Below are positions 1 through 7,684 of a DNA stretch of 25,578 nucleotides, in pieces. This DNA is from a virus, in IMG/VR virus record IMGVR_UViG_3300040758_000113; one strand, given 5' to 3'. A program made the position numbers and the translations under genes. The notes below the pieces were generated by a model, which saw only the letters and a program-made list of their open reading frames with translations, made no database searches and was not told the DNA's origin. Within the stretch, counting starts at the first letter, position 1. Each line of letters opens with the position of its first letter.

Positions 1-1643
1 GTACCGCCATCACCCATCCGGTAGCTCGGGAAGCAGCGGACTACATCGCTGCTGTGGACCCGCAGGTGGATGCGTGGATGAAGAAGCAGAGCCTTAGTGA
101 CCCAGTGATACTGGGTCAACAGCTTCACACCAGTAATGACCACTGGATAGATGGTCATATACTGACCGGCACCCCGCTCACCCCAGAGGAGATGGAGTAT
201 CTTAAAATCCAGTGGCCTTCGGTGGGAATCCCCAAGCTTAAGAGGTATGCAGACAAGTTCTATCCGAGGCAGCGGTGGGAGTTGTTCGAGTATGTTCTGC
301 TTAAGAACCTTGGCAAGTACATTGGAACGGCTGTAGAATATGTCAATGACCATATCCGTGGTCGCTGGCCTGCCATTGAACCCACCCTCCTGCGCCGGGC
401 GGCGATAGACAACGACAACGCCACACGGGCACTGAATTATGCTGCCACGGTCATCAAAGGACGTTGGACAGCGTTGGAGCACAAGTTCTGGACTACCGCT
501 GGCAATGAGACCATGGGTAAACTGGCTGTTCAGTATGCCTTGAAGATTATCAAAAAGCCGTGGCGGGAAATATCCACGCAACGGTCTTTCGAGTTCGGCG
601 GTATGCCCCGGCCTGAAATGCTCATGTGCAAGTATGCTCCCAAGGAAGCCATGGAGTATGCCAAGGCGTTTCACATTGAATCGTGGGACGAGTTGGGAGA
701 AATTCTGCTTGCTGACCACAACTATACCACCTACTTTGACTATTTGAATAACATGAAAGGGGGAGCGAGAGACCCCCGGTTGGAAGCCATGCTCACCCAA
801 CCCAAGTTAGTTTTCTACAATGTTCAAGAGCCTATGGATAAGCGGGACCGGAGGCAGTGGATGCGTGATAATCCCGGAAATCCTGTGGTCCCCGCCACGA
901 AATCGACCACGAAATATGTCAATAAAGATGCCGTGAGGGCCGACTACGCTGAGCAGATTATCAAGGGTCGCTGGCCTGAGTTGGAGGAGCGATACCTCAA
1001 CGAGATGAGGGATAAAAAGAATGAACTCATCCCGGATGATTTTGAGCGTCTGGAGCGTAACTCATACCACGATGACAAGTTCCCCGGTGCCATGGGGGGA
1101 TATATCAAAGATGTCATCAAGGGCCGCTGGCCTGAGTTGGAGGCGGTTCTTCTTCAAAGATACAAGGATTATCCCGACATGTGGCAGAGCAACCAAGCTT
1201 TGGTTGCCGGGTATCTCAATCTGCTTAAGCCCGAAAAGCACACCTATGAGGTTCCCAACTGGAATAAGCCCATGGAGCCGGTTGTGGGGGTATGGCCGGA
1301 TGGTGAAGACATCCTGAAACAGCGTAGCCAACCTTATGAGGATAAGCTGGAACGGATTGCCGAGGCTGAGTATCGACAGGAGACCACTTACCCCGAACCT
1401 GACCGGGATGACCCCTTGTGGTATCCGGCGCACGAGATTGCCGAGTATGTACGCTGGCTTCGTCAAAATGGTGAGGACTGGCCCGAAGGCGTTATCCTGT
1501 TGAATAAATTGGAAGATTTCCGTGATGCCAAGCGCCGGGAGGCGAAGGCACAAGGGAAGTACTACACCTCCCTGACCAATCGAGTGGCCTCCAACGACTT
1601 GCTCAACCCCAAGAGAATCCTACCGCTTGAAAAAAATCCCTAA
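1..1643 (+). CDS. 5'-truncated protein with four internal repeats centred on (I/V)(I/K)GRWP(E/A)LE; function unknown
   Basis: The ORF track starts at GTG 54, but the same frame is open back to nt 3 with no stop (…TAITHPVAREAADYIAAVDPQVD…), so the gene probably begins upstream of the window. Four repeat units: HIRGRWPAIEPTLL, VIKGRWTALEHKFW, IIKGRWPELEERYL, VIKGRWPELEAVLL. Long uninterrupted frame with coding-like composition. Confidence 0.7.
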   Translation, partial: TAITHPVAREAADYIAAVDPQVDAWMKKQSLSDPVILGQQLHTSNDHWIDGHILTGTPLTPEEMEYLKIQWPSVGIPKLKRYADKFYPRQRWELFEYVLLKNLGKYIGTAVEYVNDHIRGRWPAIEPTLLRRAAIDNDNATRALNYAATVIKGRWTALEHKFWTTAGNETMGKLAVQYALKIIKKPWREISTQRSFEFGGMPRPEMLMCKYAPKEAMEYAKAFHIESWDELGEILLADHNYTTYFDYLNNMKGGARDPRLEAMLTQPKLVFYNVQEPMDKRDRRQWMRDNPGNPVVPATKSTTKYVNKDAVRADYAEQIIKGRWPELEERYLNEMRDKKNELIPDDFERLERNSYHDDKFPGAMGGYIKDVIKGRWPELEAVLLQRYKDYPDMWQSNQALVAGYLNLLKPEKHTYEVPNWNKPMEPVVGVWPDGEDILKQRSQPYEDKLERIAEAEYRQETTYPEPDRDDPLWYPAHEIAEYVRWLRQNGEDWPEGVILLNKLEDFRDAKRREAKAQGKYYTSLTNRVASNDLLNPKRILPLEKNP

Positions 1644-1654
1644 ATTCCTCTCTT

Positions 1655-1682
1655 CTCGTGGTATACTATAATTGAGGAGAAC
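1655..1682 (+). promoter_or_regulatory. Promoter-like box copy 1: cTCGTGGTATACT (extended -10, TGnTATACT) plus TGAGGAGA Shine-Dalgarno, upstream of the 1683 CDS
   Basis: 13-mer ctcgtggtatact at 1655-1667, hexamer TATACT at 1662-1667 and GAGGAG at 1674-1679. Near-identical copies at 5080-5092 and 11743-11755, each immediately 5' of an ATG. No convincing -35 at 17 bp spacing. Confidence 0.5.
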
Positions 1683-2162
1683 ATGTCTATGGCTTTTACC
1701 AAAGCGCAGGCTGTATCGCCTATCACATTGGAAGACCTAAAGCTGGAACCTTCCAGCAAACCCCTCGCCCTAATTTTTTCAGGAAAGTTCAACTACAAGG
1801 GCTACGGCAGACAAATCGCTGCCTGTCATCTGGACGCCTATGTAGGCCCCGACCGCAAAGTCTTTATCGCCACGGAGATTGACACCAACCCCGGTTGTTC
1901 CATCACCAATGGAATTGAAATGGTCGCTGATGCCGTCGAAGAGCAGTTTAGCCTTGGGCACGTATTCGGCCCCACGTCCGACCGCACCAACATCCTTGTG
2001 GAACACTATGATAACCGGAGCTATTCCAGCCATCCCGACCGGGATGACTACTCCATCATGGAATTCAAAGGCGAAAAAGGCAGTTACAAGTACTACAGCG
2101 ACCCCGGCTGGTGGGGCGTTGAGAAATCCGAAATTGAGCGCCTGATTGGAGGGCGATTATAA
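1683..2162 (+). CDS. hypothetical protein (159 aa)
   Basis: ATG preceded by GAGGAG and the conserved promoter box. Clean ORF with no recognisable motif. Confidence 0.6.
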   Translation: MSMAFTKAQAVSPITLEDLKLEPSSKPLALIFSGKFNYKGYGRQIAACHLDAYVGPDRKVFIATEIDTNPGCSITNGIEMVADAVEEQFSLGHVFGPTSDRTNILVEHYDNRSYSSHPDRDDYSIMEFKGEKGSYKYYSDPGWWGVEKSEIERLIGGRL

Positions 2163-2238
2163 ATTTATAAAAAGTTCCACCCATCTAAGGGGTAGCTAGT
2201 CCAATTTCCAACTATGTATATCCTTTATAGGAGGTTAT

Positions 2239-2946
2239 ATGAAAAGAGTTGGAGATTTGACAAACAGGAGGTTGGGGCATTTAGTTGCATTAAGAAGAGA
2301 TGAATTTATACCCCGAAAGTGGGTATGCAAATGTGATTGCGGCAAAGAATGCTGCGTTGAGGGAAGAAAGCTAAACTCCGGGGTCAGGAGTAGCTGTGGT
2401 TGTAGGGGGTTTGAAAACATTGTCGGTAAACGATTCGGATACCTTACCGTCCTTGGATTAAAGGAGATACACAATCAAAAAACTTTCTTTGAATGTCTTT
2501 GTGATTGTGGAAAAATAACCGTTGTCGGTAGATGCAAGTTGTTGGACAGTCACACAAGGAGTTGCGGGTGCTTGTACACGCAAACCCGAGAGAGCGAGCG
2601 TAAAGCCTTTGGTGCATCCGCTGCCAGAAAAACTGTAAGACAGTATGAACGTAACGCCGTGGCGAGAAACCTTGTTTTTGGTCTTACTAATGAGGAAGCG
2701 ATTGATATCCTTAAAAAAGACTGTTGGTACTGTGGGTCTCCACCACAGCGGGAAGTGCGGCTCGCAACGGGATACGGATACTTTATGTGCAATGGAATCG
2801 ACCGCTTAAACAACGACCTCGGATATTTAAAAGATAATATCGTTCCCGCTTGTAAGAAATGTAATGAGAGGAAGAAAGCGGATTCCGTTGATGAGTTTCT
2901 GCATTGGGTGGAGCGCATAGCGAAATACAGATTGGGGTTAAAATAA
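2239..2946 (+). CDS. HNH-type (His-Me finger) homing-endonuclease-like protein with two N-terminal W-x-C-x-C-D-C-G…S-C-G-C zinc-binding repeats; Asp-Arg at the canonical Asp-His position
   Basis: C-terminus is CWYCG…GYGY…NGIDRLNNDLGYLKDNIVPACKKCNERK, i.e. a C-x-x-C … C-x-x-C-N-x-x-K zinc site framing a ββα-metal core. Two N-terminal repeats: WVCKCDCGKE…SSCGCRG and FFECLCDCGK…SCGCLY. AGGAGG ribosome-binding site. Gene is visibly AT-richer than the flanks. Confidence 0.8.
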   Translation: MKRVGDLTNRRLGHLVALRRDEFIPRKWVCKCDCGKECCVEGRKLNSGVRSSCGCRGFENIVGKRFGYLTVLGLKEIHNQKTFFECLCDCGKITVVGRCKLLDSHTRSCGCLYTQTRESERKAFGASAARKTVRQYERNAVARNLVFGLTNEEAIDILKKDCWYCGSPPQREVRLATGYGYFMCNGIDRLNNDLGYLKDNIVPACKKCNERKKADSVDEFLHWVERIAKYRLGLK

Positions 2947-3425
2947 TGAATATCCTATACTATCCCACAGAGATTTTACTCCAAAGGTCTGAGACGGTTA
3001 CGGAATTTGGCGAATTTTTAGTAAAACTGTGCAATGAAATGATAGAAATAATGTTATCTTACAACGGTTTGGGTTTAGCTGCTCCCCAAGTGGGTGTTAG
3101 TCGAAGAGTCTTTATCATGAAACTTGCGGACGGTAAAAAAATAATTGCTGTCAACCCAAAAATTACGCCTAAAGGTGAGTATAAGATTATTGAGGAGGGT
3201 TGCTTGTCCTTCCCAAATTTTTACGGACCTGTTTCTCGACGGGATGAATGTACAATTATCTATCAAGAGCCAATGAGCGGGAAAGAAACGACTTTGGAAC
3301 TCACGGGTTTAGACGCTCATTGCGCTCAACACGAAGAGGACCACATCAACGGAATTCTTTTTATTCAGAGGATGCCGAAGCATTATCGCAAAAAGCTTTT
3401 GAAGGAATGGAGCAAAAAGCATTAA
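2946..3425 (+). CDS. def: peptide deformylase
   Basis: All three PDF motifs are present: GLGLAAPQVG (G-Φ-G-Φ-AA-x-Q), EEGCLSFP (EGCLS) and AQHEEDHINGILF (HExxH metal site). The start ATG overlaps the upstream TAA by 1 nt (TAATG), which suggests translational coupling to the HNH gene. AT-rich like its upstream neighbour. Confidence 0.9.
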   Translation: MNILYYPTEILLQRSETVTEFGEFLVKLCNEMIEIMLSYNGLGLAAPQVGVSRRVFIMKLADGKKIIAVNPKITPKGEYKIIEEGCLSFPNFYGPVSRRDECTIIYQEPMSGKETTLELTGLDAHCAQHEEDHINGILFIQRMPKHYRKKLLKEWSKKH

Positions 3426-3429
3426 GTTG

Positions 3430-3449
3430 CCCGGCCCCTGCCGGTTTGT
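3430..3449 (+). terminator. Candidate intrinsic terminator: stem CCGGC/GCCGG, loop CCCT, then TTTGT
   Basis: The hairpin 3431-3444 lies directly after the def stop and is followed by a short T-tract at 3445-3449. The stem is only 5 bp, so this is weak. Confidence 0.3.
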
Positions 3450-3496
3450 AGGACTCGCATCGCCACGGGTCTGACGTTACGGTGGGGAAACAGGGA

Positions 3497-3562
3497 CGGC
3501 TCTTTTAGGAAAGCCAGAAGCCTCATAACCTTCCGGCATCCGTTCGACTCGGATGGAGCCGC
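3497..3562 (+). tRNA. tRNA-like element with anticodon CAU (Met/Ile2-type) and a non-canonical shortened D-arm; possibly a degenerate or pseudo-tRNA
   Basis: Hand fold. Acceptor stem CGGCTCT (3497-3503) pairs with GGAGCCG (3555-3561), 7 bp including one G·U. Anticodon arm GAAGC-CTCATAA-CCTTC (3517-3533) has U33, anticodon CAT and A37. Variable loop CGGC. T-arm ATCCG-TTCGACT-CGGAT (3538-3554) is perfect and its loop matches TΨCRANY. Discriminator C3562. Only 10 nt sit where a 15-17 nt D-arm is expected (total 66 nt), so tRNAscan might score it as a pseudogene or miss it. Confidence 0.35.
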
Positions 3563-3795
3563 CGACCATGGGCGCAGAGTTTTCGGCGGGTAGCTCAGTT
3601 GGAGTTCTTAGACTGGAGGGCGATAGGCCATCGTTGCCAGTCTGAGACTTATTCGAGGCCGGGGAGGCTAGTGACCATAGCCTTTTCGGAATCGGGTAGA
3701 GAGCACCCTCATTCACATGAGGGCGGAGTGAGATTTCCAATCTCCGTATCAAAGGGCTGGTAACCCTAAGCCCGCCCAAATTTCAAGGAGGCTGT

Positions 3796-4083
3796 ATGGC
3801 ATCGAAGCGTAATCCCCATCTATCAAGGTTGAGCACCGAGGAGTTGGAAGCCGAACTTGAAGCTCGGGAAGCGGAGGGAAATGCGCCTCCCCCGCTGCTT
3901 GAGAAACCCGACTGGAACAATCTGAAAGCTTTCGTGGTGAGCCAGATTGAGGAAATCTCCAAGCCAGACGGCTATGCCAAGGACTTCGAGCACTATGTGT
4001 TCGAGCAAGTCATGAGTACCCTTTATGGCAAGGGATTTTGGGCTTGGTACAATGAAGGACCCTGCGAGCGTGCCGGTGGTTAA
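3796..4083 (+). CDS. hypothetical protein (95 aa)
   Basis: Strong ribosome-binding site AAGGAGG 6 nt before the ATG. Coding-like ORF that follows the long structured spacer. Confidence 0.6.
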   Translation: MASKRNPHLSRLSTEELEAELEAREAEGNAPPPLLEKPDWNNLKAFVVSQIEEISKPDGYAKDFEHYVFEQVMSTLYGKGFWAWYNEGPCERAGG

Positions 4084-4091
4084 GGACAACC

Positions 4092-4514
4092 ATGACCCCG
4101 TTTGGAAAGGTGTTCCAAATCCGTTGGAAGGAGGCACTCGGCAGACCCGAGTGCCCCTACCTTTATCGGTGGACGCTTATCATCTTCGGGTTCTCCATCC
4201 GGCTCCATCACTGGCTCCGGTCAGATGACCGGCGTTTTTTCCACGACCATGCCAGCAATTTCGTATCTATTATTCTCAAAGGTCATTACAAGAATGTGAC
4301 CCCGGATGGGACCTTCGAGGTTAAGGCCGGGTCTATCTGGAAATCGGACGCCTTGCGCCGTCACTACTTGGACATTCCCAAAGGCGGGGCTTGGACTTTG
4401 CTCTTCTGTGGTCGGCCCTACCATAAGTGGGGATTCTACGTGAAGGGGCACAAGTGGCGTCCTTTACGCTATTTCAGCAAGTTTGGAATCATTCAAGACG
4501 AGAATTACCAGTAG
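4092..4514 (+). CDS. conserved phage-type hypothetical protein with HHW…D…HDH motif (140 aa)
   Basis: AAGGA ribosome-binding site 5 nt upstream. Contains RLHHWLRSDDRRFFHDHASNFVSIILKGHY, a His-cluster pattern I recall in small phage proteins of unknown function. No family is assigned with certainty. Confidence 0.6.
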   Translation: MTPFGKVFQIRWKEALGRPECPYLYRWTLIIFGFSIRLHHWLRSDDRRFFHDHASNFVSIILKGHYKNVTPDGTFEVKAGSIWKSDALRRHYLDIPKGGAWTLLFCGRPYHKWGFYVKGHKWRPLRYFSKFGIIQDENYQ

Positions 4515-4521
4515 GAGACGT

Positions 4522-4809
4522 ATGGGAAAGAAAATTCAGATGTTAAGCCCGGTGGTCTGCTTGCATTGCGGAGCGGTCTACGACCTGTGTGCCACGGAAC
4601 CAATCGCCCGCCACGCCGACTGTGACGTATTCAAAACACCATGCTGCCATCGGACCGCCGACACCCACAAGTGGAAGGGTCTGCCAGATTACCAGGACCT
4701 GCGGCAGGATGATTTCATGCCCATGGATATCATGGGGAACATGCGTCATATGCGCATCATCGACCCGGAGGAAACTCGGGCGGCTATCAGGGCCAAGGAG
4801 GTTGTATGA
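4522..4809 (+). CDS. small Cys-rich (zinc-ribbon-like) protein
   Basis: GGAG 5 nt before ATG 4522, which is internal to track ORF 4483-4809 but avoids overlap with the previous gene. Sequence CLHCG…(17)…CDVFKTPCCH. Confidence 0.5.
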   Translation: MGKKIQMLSPVVCLHCGAVYDLCATEPIARHADCDVFKTPCCHRTADTHKWKGLPDYQDLRQDDFMPMDIMGNMRHMRIIDPEETRAAIRAKEVV

Positions 4810-5078
4810 GCACTGGAACACTGACTTGCACCGTGGGATGTAACAGCGTCCAAATCAACAAACGGGGCGATGACTGCTTTGGAGCGCCCAACACCATTTA
4901 CGCCCGAGTCATCAGCCGGGACGGCAACAATGTCTACCTTGAAGAGGCGGATGTTGCTAAGATTCTTGAACTTATGGGGGTTTTGAAGGACGTTATCTCC
5001 CATGGCCTGACCAGCACCCCCAAGGACAAAAAGGCGTGGGCAAAGAAACGCAGCACATTTTCCTCCACTGCCGCCTGA
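4806..5078 (+). CDS. hypothetical protein (90 aa)
   Basis: ATGA overlap with the upstream stop. AAGGAGG ribosome-binding site. Confidence 0.55.
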   Translation: MSTGTLTCTVGCNSVQINKRGDDCFGAPNTIYARVISRDGNNVYLEEADVAKILELMGVLKDVISHGLTSTPKDKKAWAKKRSTFSSTAA

Positions 5079-5079
5079 C

Positions 5080-5108
5080 TTCGTGGTATACTGTTACTGA
5101 GGAGACCT
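5080..5108 (+). promoter_or_regulatory. Promoter-like box copy 2: TTCGTGGTATACT plus TGAGGAGAC Shine-Dalgarno, upstream of pnk
   Basis: ttcgtggtatact at 5080-5092 and GAGGAG at 5099-5104. The TGAGGAGA box is identical to copy 1. It sits at the head of the Pnk–HNH–HNH–Rnl operon. Confidence 0.5.
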
Positions 5109-6197
5109 ATGGAACTCGAAAAGACATCGCACAGTGAACAGTACATGGATTACTCCGGGGGTAAGGAAAATGCCCCCACGCTGACCGTTATGGTCGGCCC
5201 GGCTGGCTCAGGAAAGTCCACCCATGCCCGCAGTCTTGTCAACTGGGCAGCGGGAGCGACCGTCCGGGTAAACCGGGACACCATCCGTGCCATGCTCTAC
5301 TGTGATTCCCCGTGGAACCACTCGAAGGAAGATGTGGTCCGCAAGTATGAGGAAGAGGGCATCCGTATGTTCCTCGCCATGGGACTCAACGTCATCGTGG
5401 ATGACACCAACTGCGTGTCCCGCACCCGGCAAAAGCTGGAAGAGATTGCCCGTGGCGCTCGGGTAAAGTTCTGCCTGCATGTCATGAACGTGGACAAGGA
5501 AGAGTGTAAGCGGCGGAACGCCCTACGCACCGGCAAAGAATGCGTGCCCGAGGAAGCCATCGACCAACAGTTCAAGCGGCTGCGGGAAACAACCGTCCGC
5601 CCGGCTGGCTACGGTCTGGATGAAACCAACCGGGCGGTAGACGACTGGAACGAGCTTAACGCCGTCATCGCCGGGGGCAGGGACTTTCACGAGCGCCTGC
5701 CGGGCGCACCGTGGGTGTTCTGCGACGTGGACGGCAGCCTTGCCGAGAACGAGGGCGAGCGGAACCAGTTCGACGAGACGAAGGTCCTGCTGGACTCCTG
5801 CCGGGAGGGCGTGGCGAAGTGGGTCCGGGGACTGTACAGCACCCACAATATCGGAATTCTCAGTGGAAGACACGACTCCTGCTCGACAGACACTTGTTCT
5901 TGGCTGAGTTGTTATCGGGTGCCATTCGACCTCCTCTTGATGCGCCCGGCTACCAACTTTGACCACGATTATATCGTCAAGCGACGGATTATGGAGACGA
6001 TACTCCGGGTCATTCCGAAGGAACGAATAGCTTTTTTGATTGATGACAGATGGCAAGTAATCCGTATGTGGAAGGACATGGGGTTCAAGGTTTACCCTGT
6101 GGGCGGAACCACGGACCACTCTGCTACTTGCCAGTTCAAGCCGGAAAAGAAAGGTTGGAGGCATTGCCCCCGATGCGGAGCCTACGAAGATTTTTGA
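5109..6197 (+). CDS. pseT: polynucleotide 5'-kinase / 3'-phosphatase (T4 Pnk-like, bifunctional)
   Basis: N-terminal kinase domain: Walker A VGPAGSGKST, then VNRDTIR and IVDDTN. C-terminal HAD phosphatase domain: FCDVDGSL (DxDGT motif) and FLIDDRWQVIRMWKDMGF. Both domains are collinear with T4 Pnk (GCPGSGKST … DVDGTL … IDDRTQVVEMW). Confidence 0.9.
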   Translation: MELEKTSHSEQYMDYSGGKENAPTLTVMVGPAGSGKSTHARSLVNWAAGATVRVNRDTIRAMLYCDSPWNHSKEDVVRKYEEEGIRMFLAMGLNVIVDDTNCVSRTRQKLEEIARGARVKFCLHVMNVDKEECKRRNALRTGKECVPEEAIDQQFKRLRETTVRPAGYGLDETNRAVDDWNELNAVIAGGRDFHERLPGAPWVFCDVDGSLAENEGERNQFDETKVLLDSCREGVAKWVRGLYSTHNIGILSGRHDSCSTDTCSWLSCYRVPFDLLLMRPATNFDHDYIVKRRIMETILRVIPKERIAFLIDDRWQVIRMWKDMGFKVYPVGGTTDHSATCQFKPEKKGWRHCPRCGAYEDF

Positions 6198-6254
6198 CGA
6201 CTGAACTATTGGATGCCTATATTGGGGGGTGCTCCAATAGAGCATTCATAGACT

Positions 6255-7028
6255 ATGTGGAAACTGAACTGCCCACGCTGTGGGAAGGAAAGGGAATACA
6301 AGCGGTATAGCTCCTATTGGCAAGCGATTAAAGACGGCTCAATATGCCAAACTTGTTCAGGAATCAAGAGCCGTGCTTTGACGCCAGAACAAGAAGAACA
6401 AGCAGTAAGCCTCAACAAAGACGGGGTGTCTAATCGTAAGATTGCTCTGCAATTTGGCGTATCGAGAAACACGGTCAGAGAAACACTGAGTAAGCACGGA
6501 CTAAGGTCAAGCTCCCGTATCAGGCATAGGCTGGATATCATAGATGCCGAACGGGCGAGATGTTGGAAGTGTAAAGAAGTGAAGCCTGTCGGTGATTTCA
6601 AGTTGGTTGCTCGACCGGGAAATGACCCATACAGGGAGTCGGTGTGCCGTGGATGCCGAGAAAAAGAAAGCACTCTCAGAATGGCCTCTGATTTTCGTAA
6701 ATACCTGAAAGCAAGATGGGGCAGGCTTAGAAAAAGTTCTGAGAAAAACAAGGTGCTTTTCAGCATCAACCCAGAGGACCTATATCGACAGTATGAAGAA
6801 CAGGATGGTAGGTGTTTCTATACCGACTATCCACTCAGTTTGGAGCCTAATGCAGCTTTAACCCTTTCGGTTGACAGGGTAGTCCCGGAAGGGGGGTATG
6901 TCAAAGGAAATGTCGTGCTCTGTGGTAAACGGGTGAACACCATAAAAAATGATGTAACCTTGGAGGAAATGATGACTTGGATGCCCGATTGGTATGCTCG
7001 GGCGGAAAAGTTCAAGAGGGTCTTATGA
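6255..7028 (+). CDS. HTH + zinc-ribbon protein with a C-terminal degenerate HNH-like domain; domesticated homing-endonuclease-like or DNA-binding regulator; paralog of the 8996 gene
   Basis: CPRC…CQTC ribbon, then helix-turn-helix GVSNRKIALQFGVSRNTVRETL, then a CWKC…CRGC ribbon. C-terminus CFYTD…LSVDRVVPEGGYVKGNVVLCGKRVNTIKND aligns with the HNH core of the 2239 gene, but only 2 of the 4 Zn-ligand Cys remain and the catalytic position is D-R. Confidence 0.75.
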   Translation: MWKLNCPRCGKEREYKRYSSYWQAIKDGSICQTCSGIKSRALTPEQEEQAVSLNKDGVSNRKIALQFGVSRNTVRETLSKHGLRSSSRIRHRLDIIDAERARCWKCKEVKPVGDFKLVARPGNDPYRESVCRGCREKESTLRMASDFRKYLKARWGRLRKSSEKNKVLFSINPEDLYRQYEEQDGRCFYTDYPLSLEPNAALTLSVDRVVPEGGYVKGNVVLCGKRVNTIKNDVTLEEMMTWMPDWYARAEKFKRVL

Positions 7029-7684
7029 GCATCTGTGGCAAGCCAATGCCGAAAGCGAGGAATGGAGCCGACCGGGGAATCTGCACTAGACCACATAATC
7101 ATGGTCCCAAAGGTGGTTGTCACGGCAACGGCACTTGTTTCGGATGCGGTATTAAACTGACATCTTTAACATCTAGTTTTTCTGTTGCTAACCGTGGACA
7201 AGGAGAGTGTAAAGTTTGTAAAAAAGAACGGTGCAGGAAGGACCGTGGTAGCCAACCACTTAATGTCCAGAATCCCGGAGAATTTCACGCTTTTCCGTGT
7301 GGGTGCAGTGGAGTTCTCCCTGTAGAAGGTTCAAACAAGTTTTCTATGGCAGGAACTCATCGAGGGAAAAGACAATATGTTTGTCGTGTGTCTTTCATTA
7401 TCAAGGGTTCTAATGACAGAGCAAAAAAGGGGAGATACCAACCCATTTTTCAAGATACCCCTCATACGGTAATTCGTAAATTGATGGAGGAGCCTAACTG
7501 CGAATGTTGTGGAGAAACACTGTCATGGAAAGTGTTAGCACGTGGAAAAACTCCCCACCTTCATCATGACCATAAAACAGGCGAAATCTATGGATTCGCC
7601 CACCCAAAATGTAACCCTTTAGCAATGGAGAAAGAAATAGAACGACTGAAAGCCTTGCTTAAAGCACAAGAGATGGATTTATGA
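7025..7684 (+). CDS. HNH homing endonuclease (canonical HH-DH) with Cys-rich N-terminus
   Basis: CECCGETLSWKV…HLHHDHKTGEIYGFAHPKCN is the classic HNH motif. The start is taken at ATG 7025 (ATGA overlap with the 6255 stop, AGAGGG ribosome-binding site) rather than the track start 6977. The stop overlaps the rnl start (ATGA). Confidence 0.8.
   Translation: MSICGKPMPKARNGADRGICTRPHNHGPKGGCHGNGTCFGCGIKLTSLTSSFSVANRGQGECKVCKKERCRKDRGSQPLNVQNPGEFHAFPCGCSGVLPVEGSNKFSMAGTHRGKRQYVCRVSFIIKGSNDRAKKGRYQPIFQDTPHTVIRKLMEEPNCECCGETLSWKVLARGKTPHLHHDHKTGEIYGFAHPKCNPLAMEKEIERLKALLKAQEMDL

Noticed and set aside
1021-1553. Nested ORFs (98 aa +, 163 aa -) inside the repeat-protein gene
   Set aside because: They are fully contained in a longer ORF that has conserved internal repeats. 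They have no independent support.
3477-3779. 100-aa minus-strand ORF covering the structured intergenic region
   Set aside because: The translation is low-complexity (Pro/Ser/Gly/Arg-rich). It lies antisense to a region better explained by RNA hairpins and tRNA-like motifs, and it has no ribosome-binding site. It is probably a GC-driven spurious ORF.
3584-3780. Second tRNA candidate starting at CGGCGGGTAGCTCAGTTGG
   Set aside because: The 5' acceptor/D-arm segment is textbook. However the D-stem return strand reads GTTC instead of GAGC, and the only complementary 3' strand (CCCGCC, 3771-3776) is ~180 nt downstream with no adjoining T-arm. It is not a foldable canonical tRNA, so it is reported only as a fragment within the structured-region finding.
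5523-6245. 240-aa minus-strand ORF antisense to the Pnk gene, and smaller antisense or alternate-frame ORFs at 5208-5575 and 5687-5962
   Set aside because: The Pnk frame carries unambiguous kinase and HAD motifs along its full length. Antisense ORFs of this size are expected in GC-rich coding DNA.
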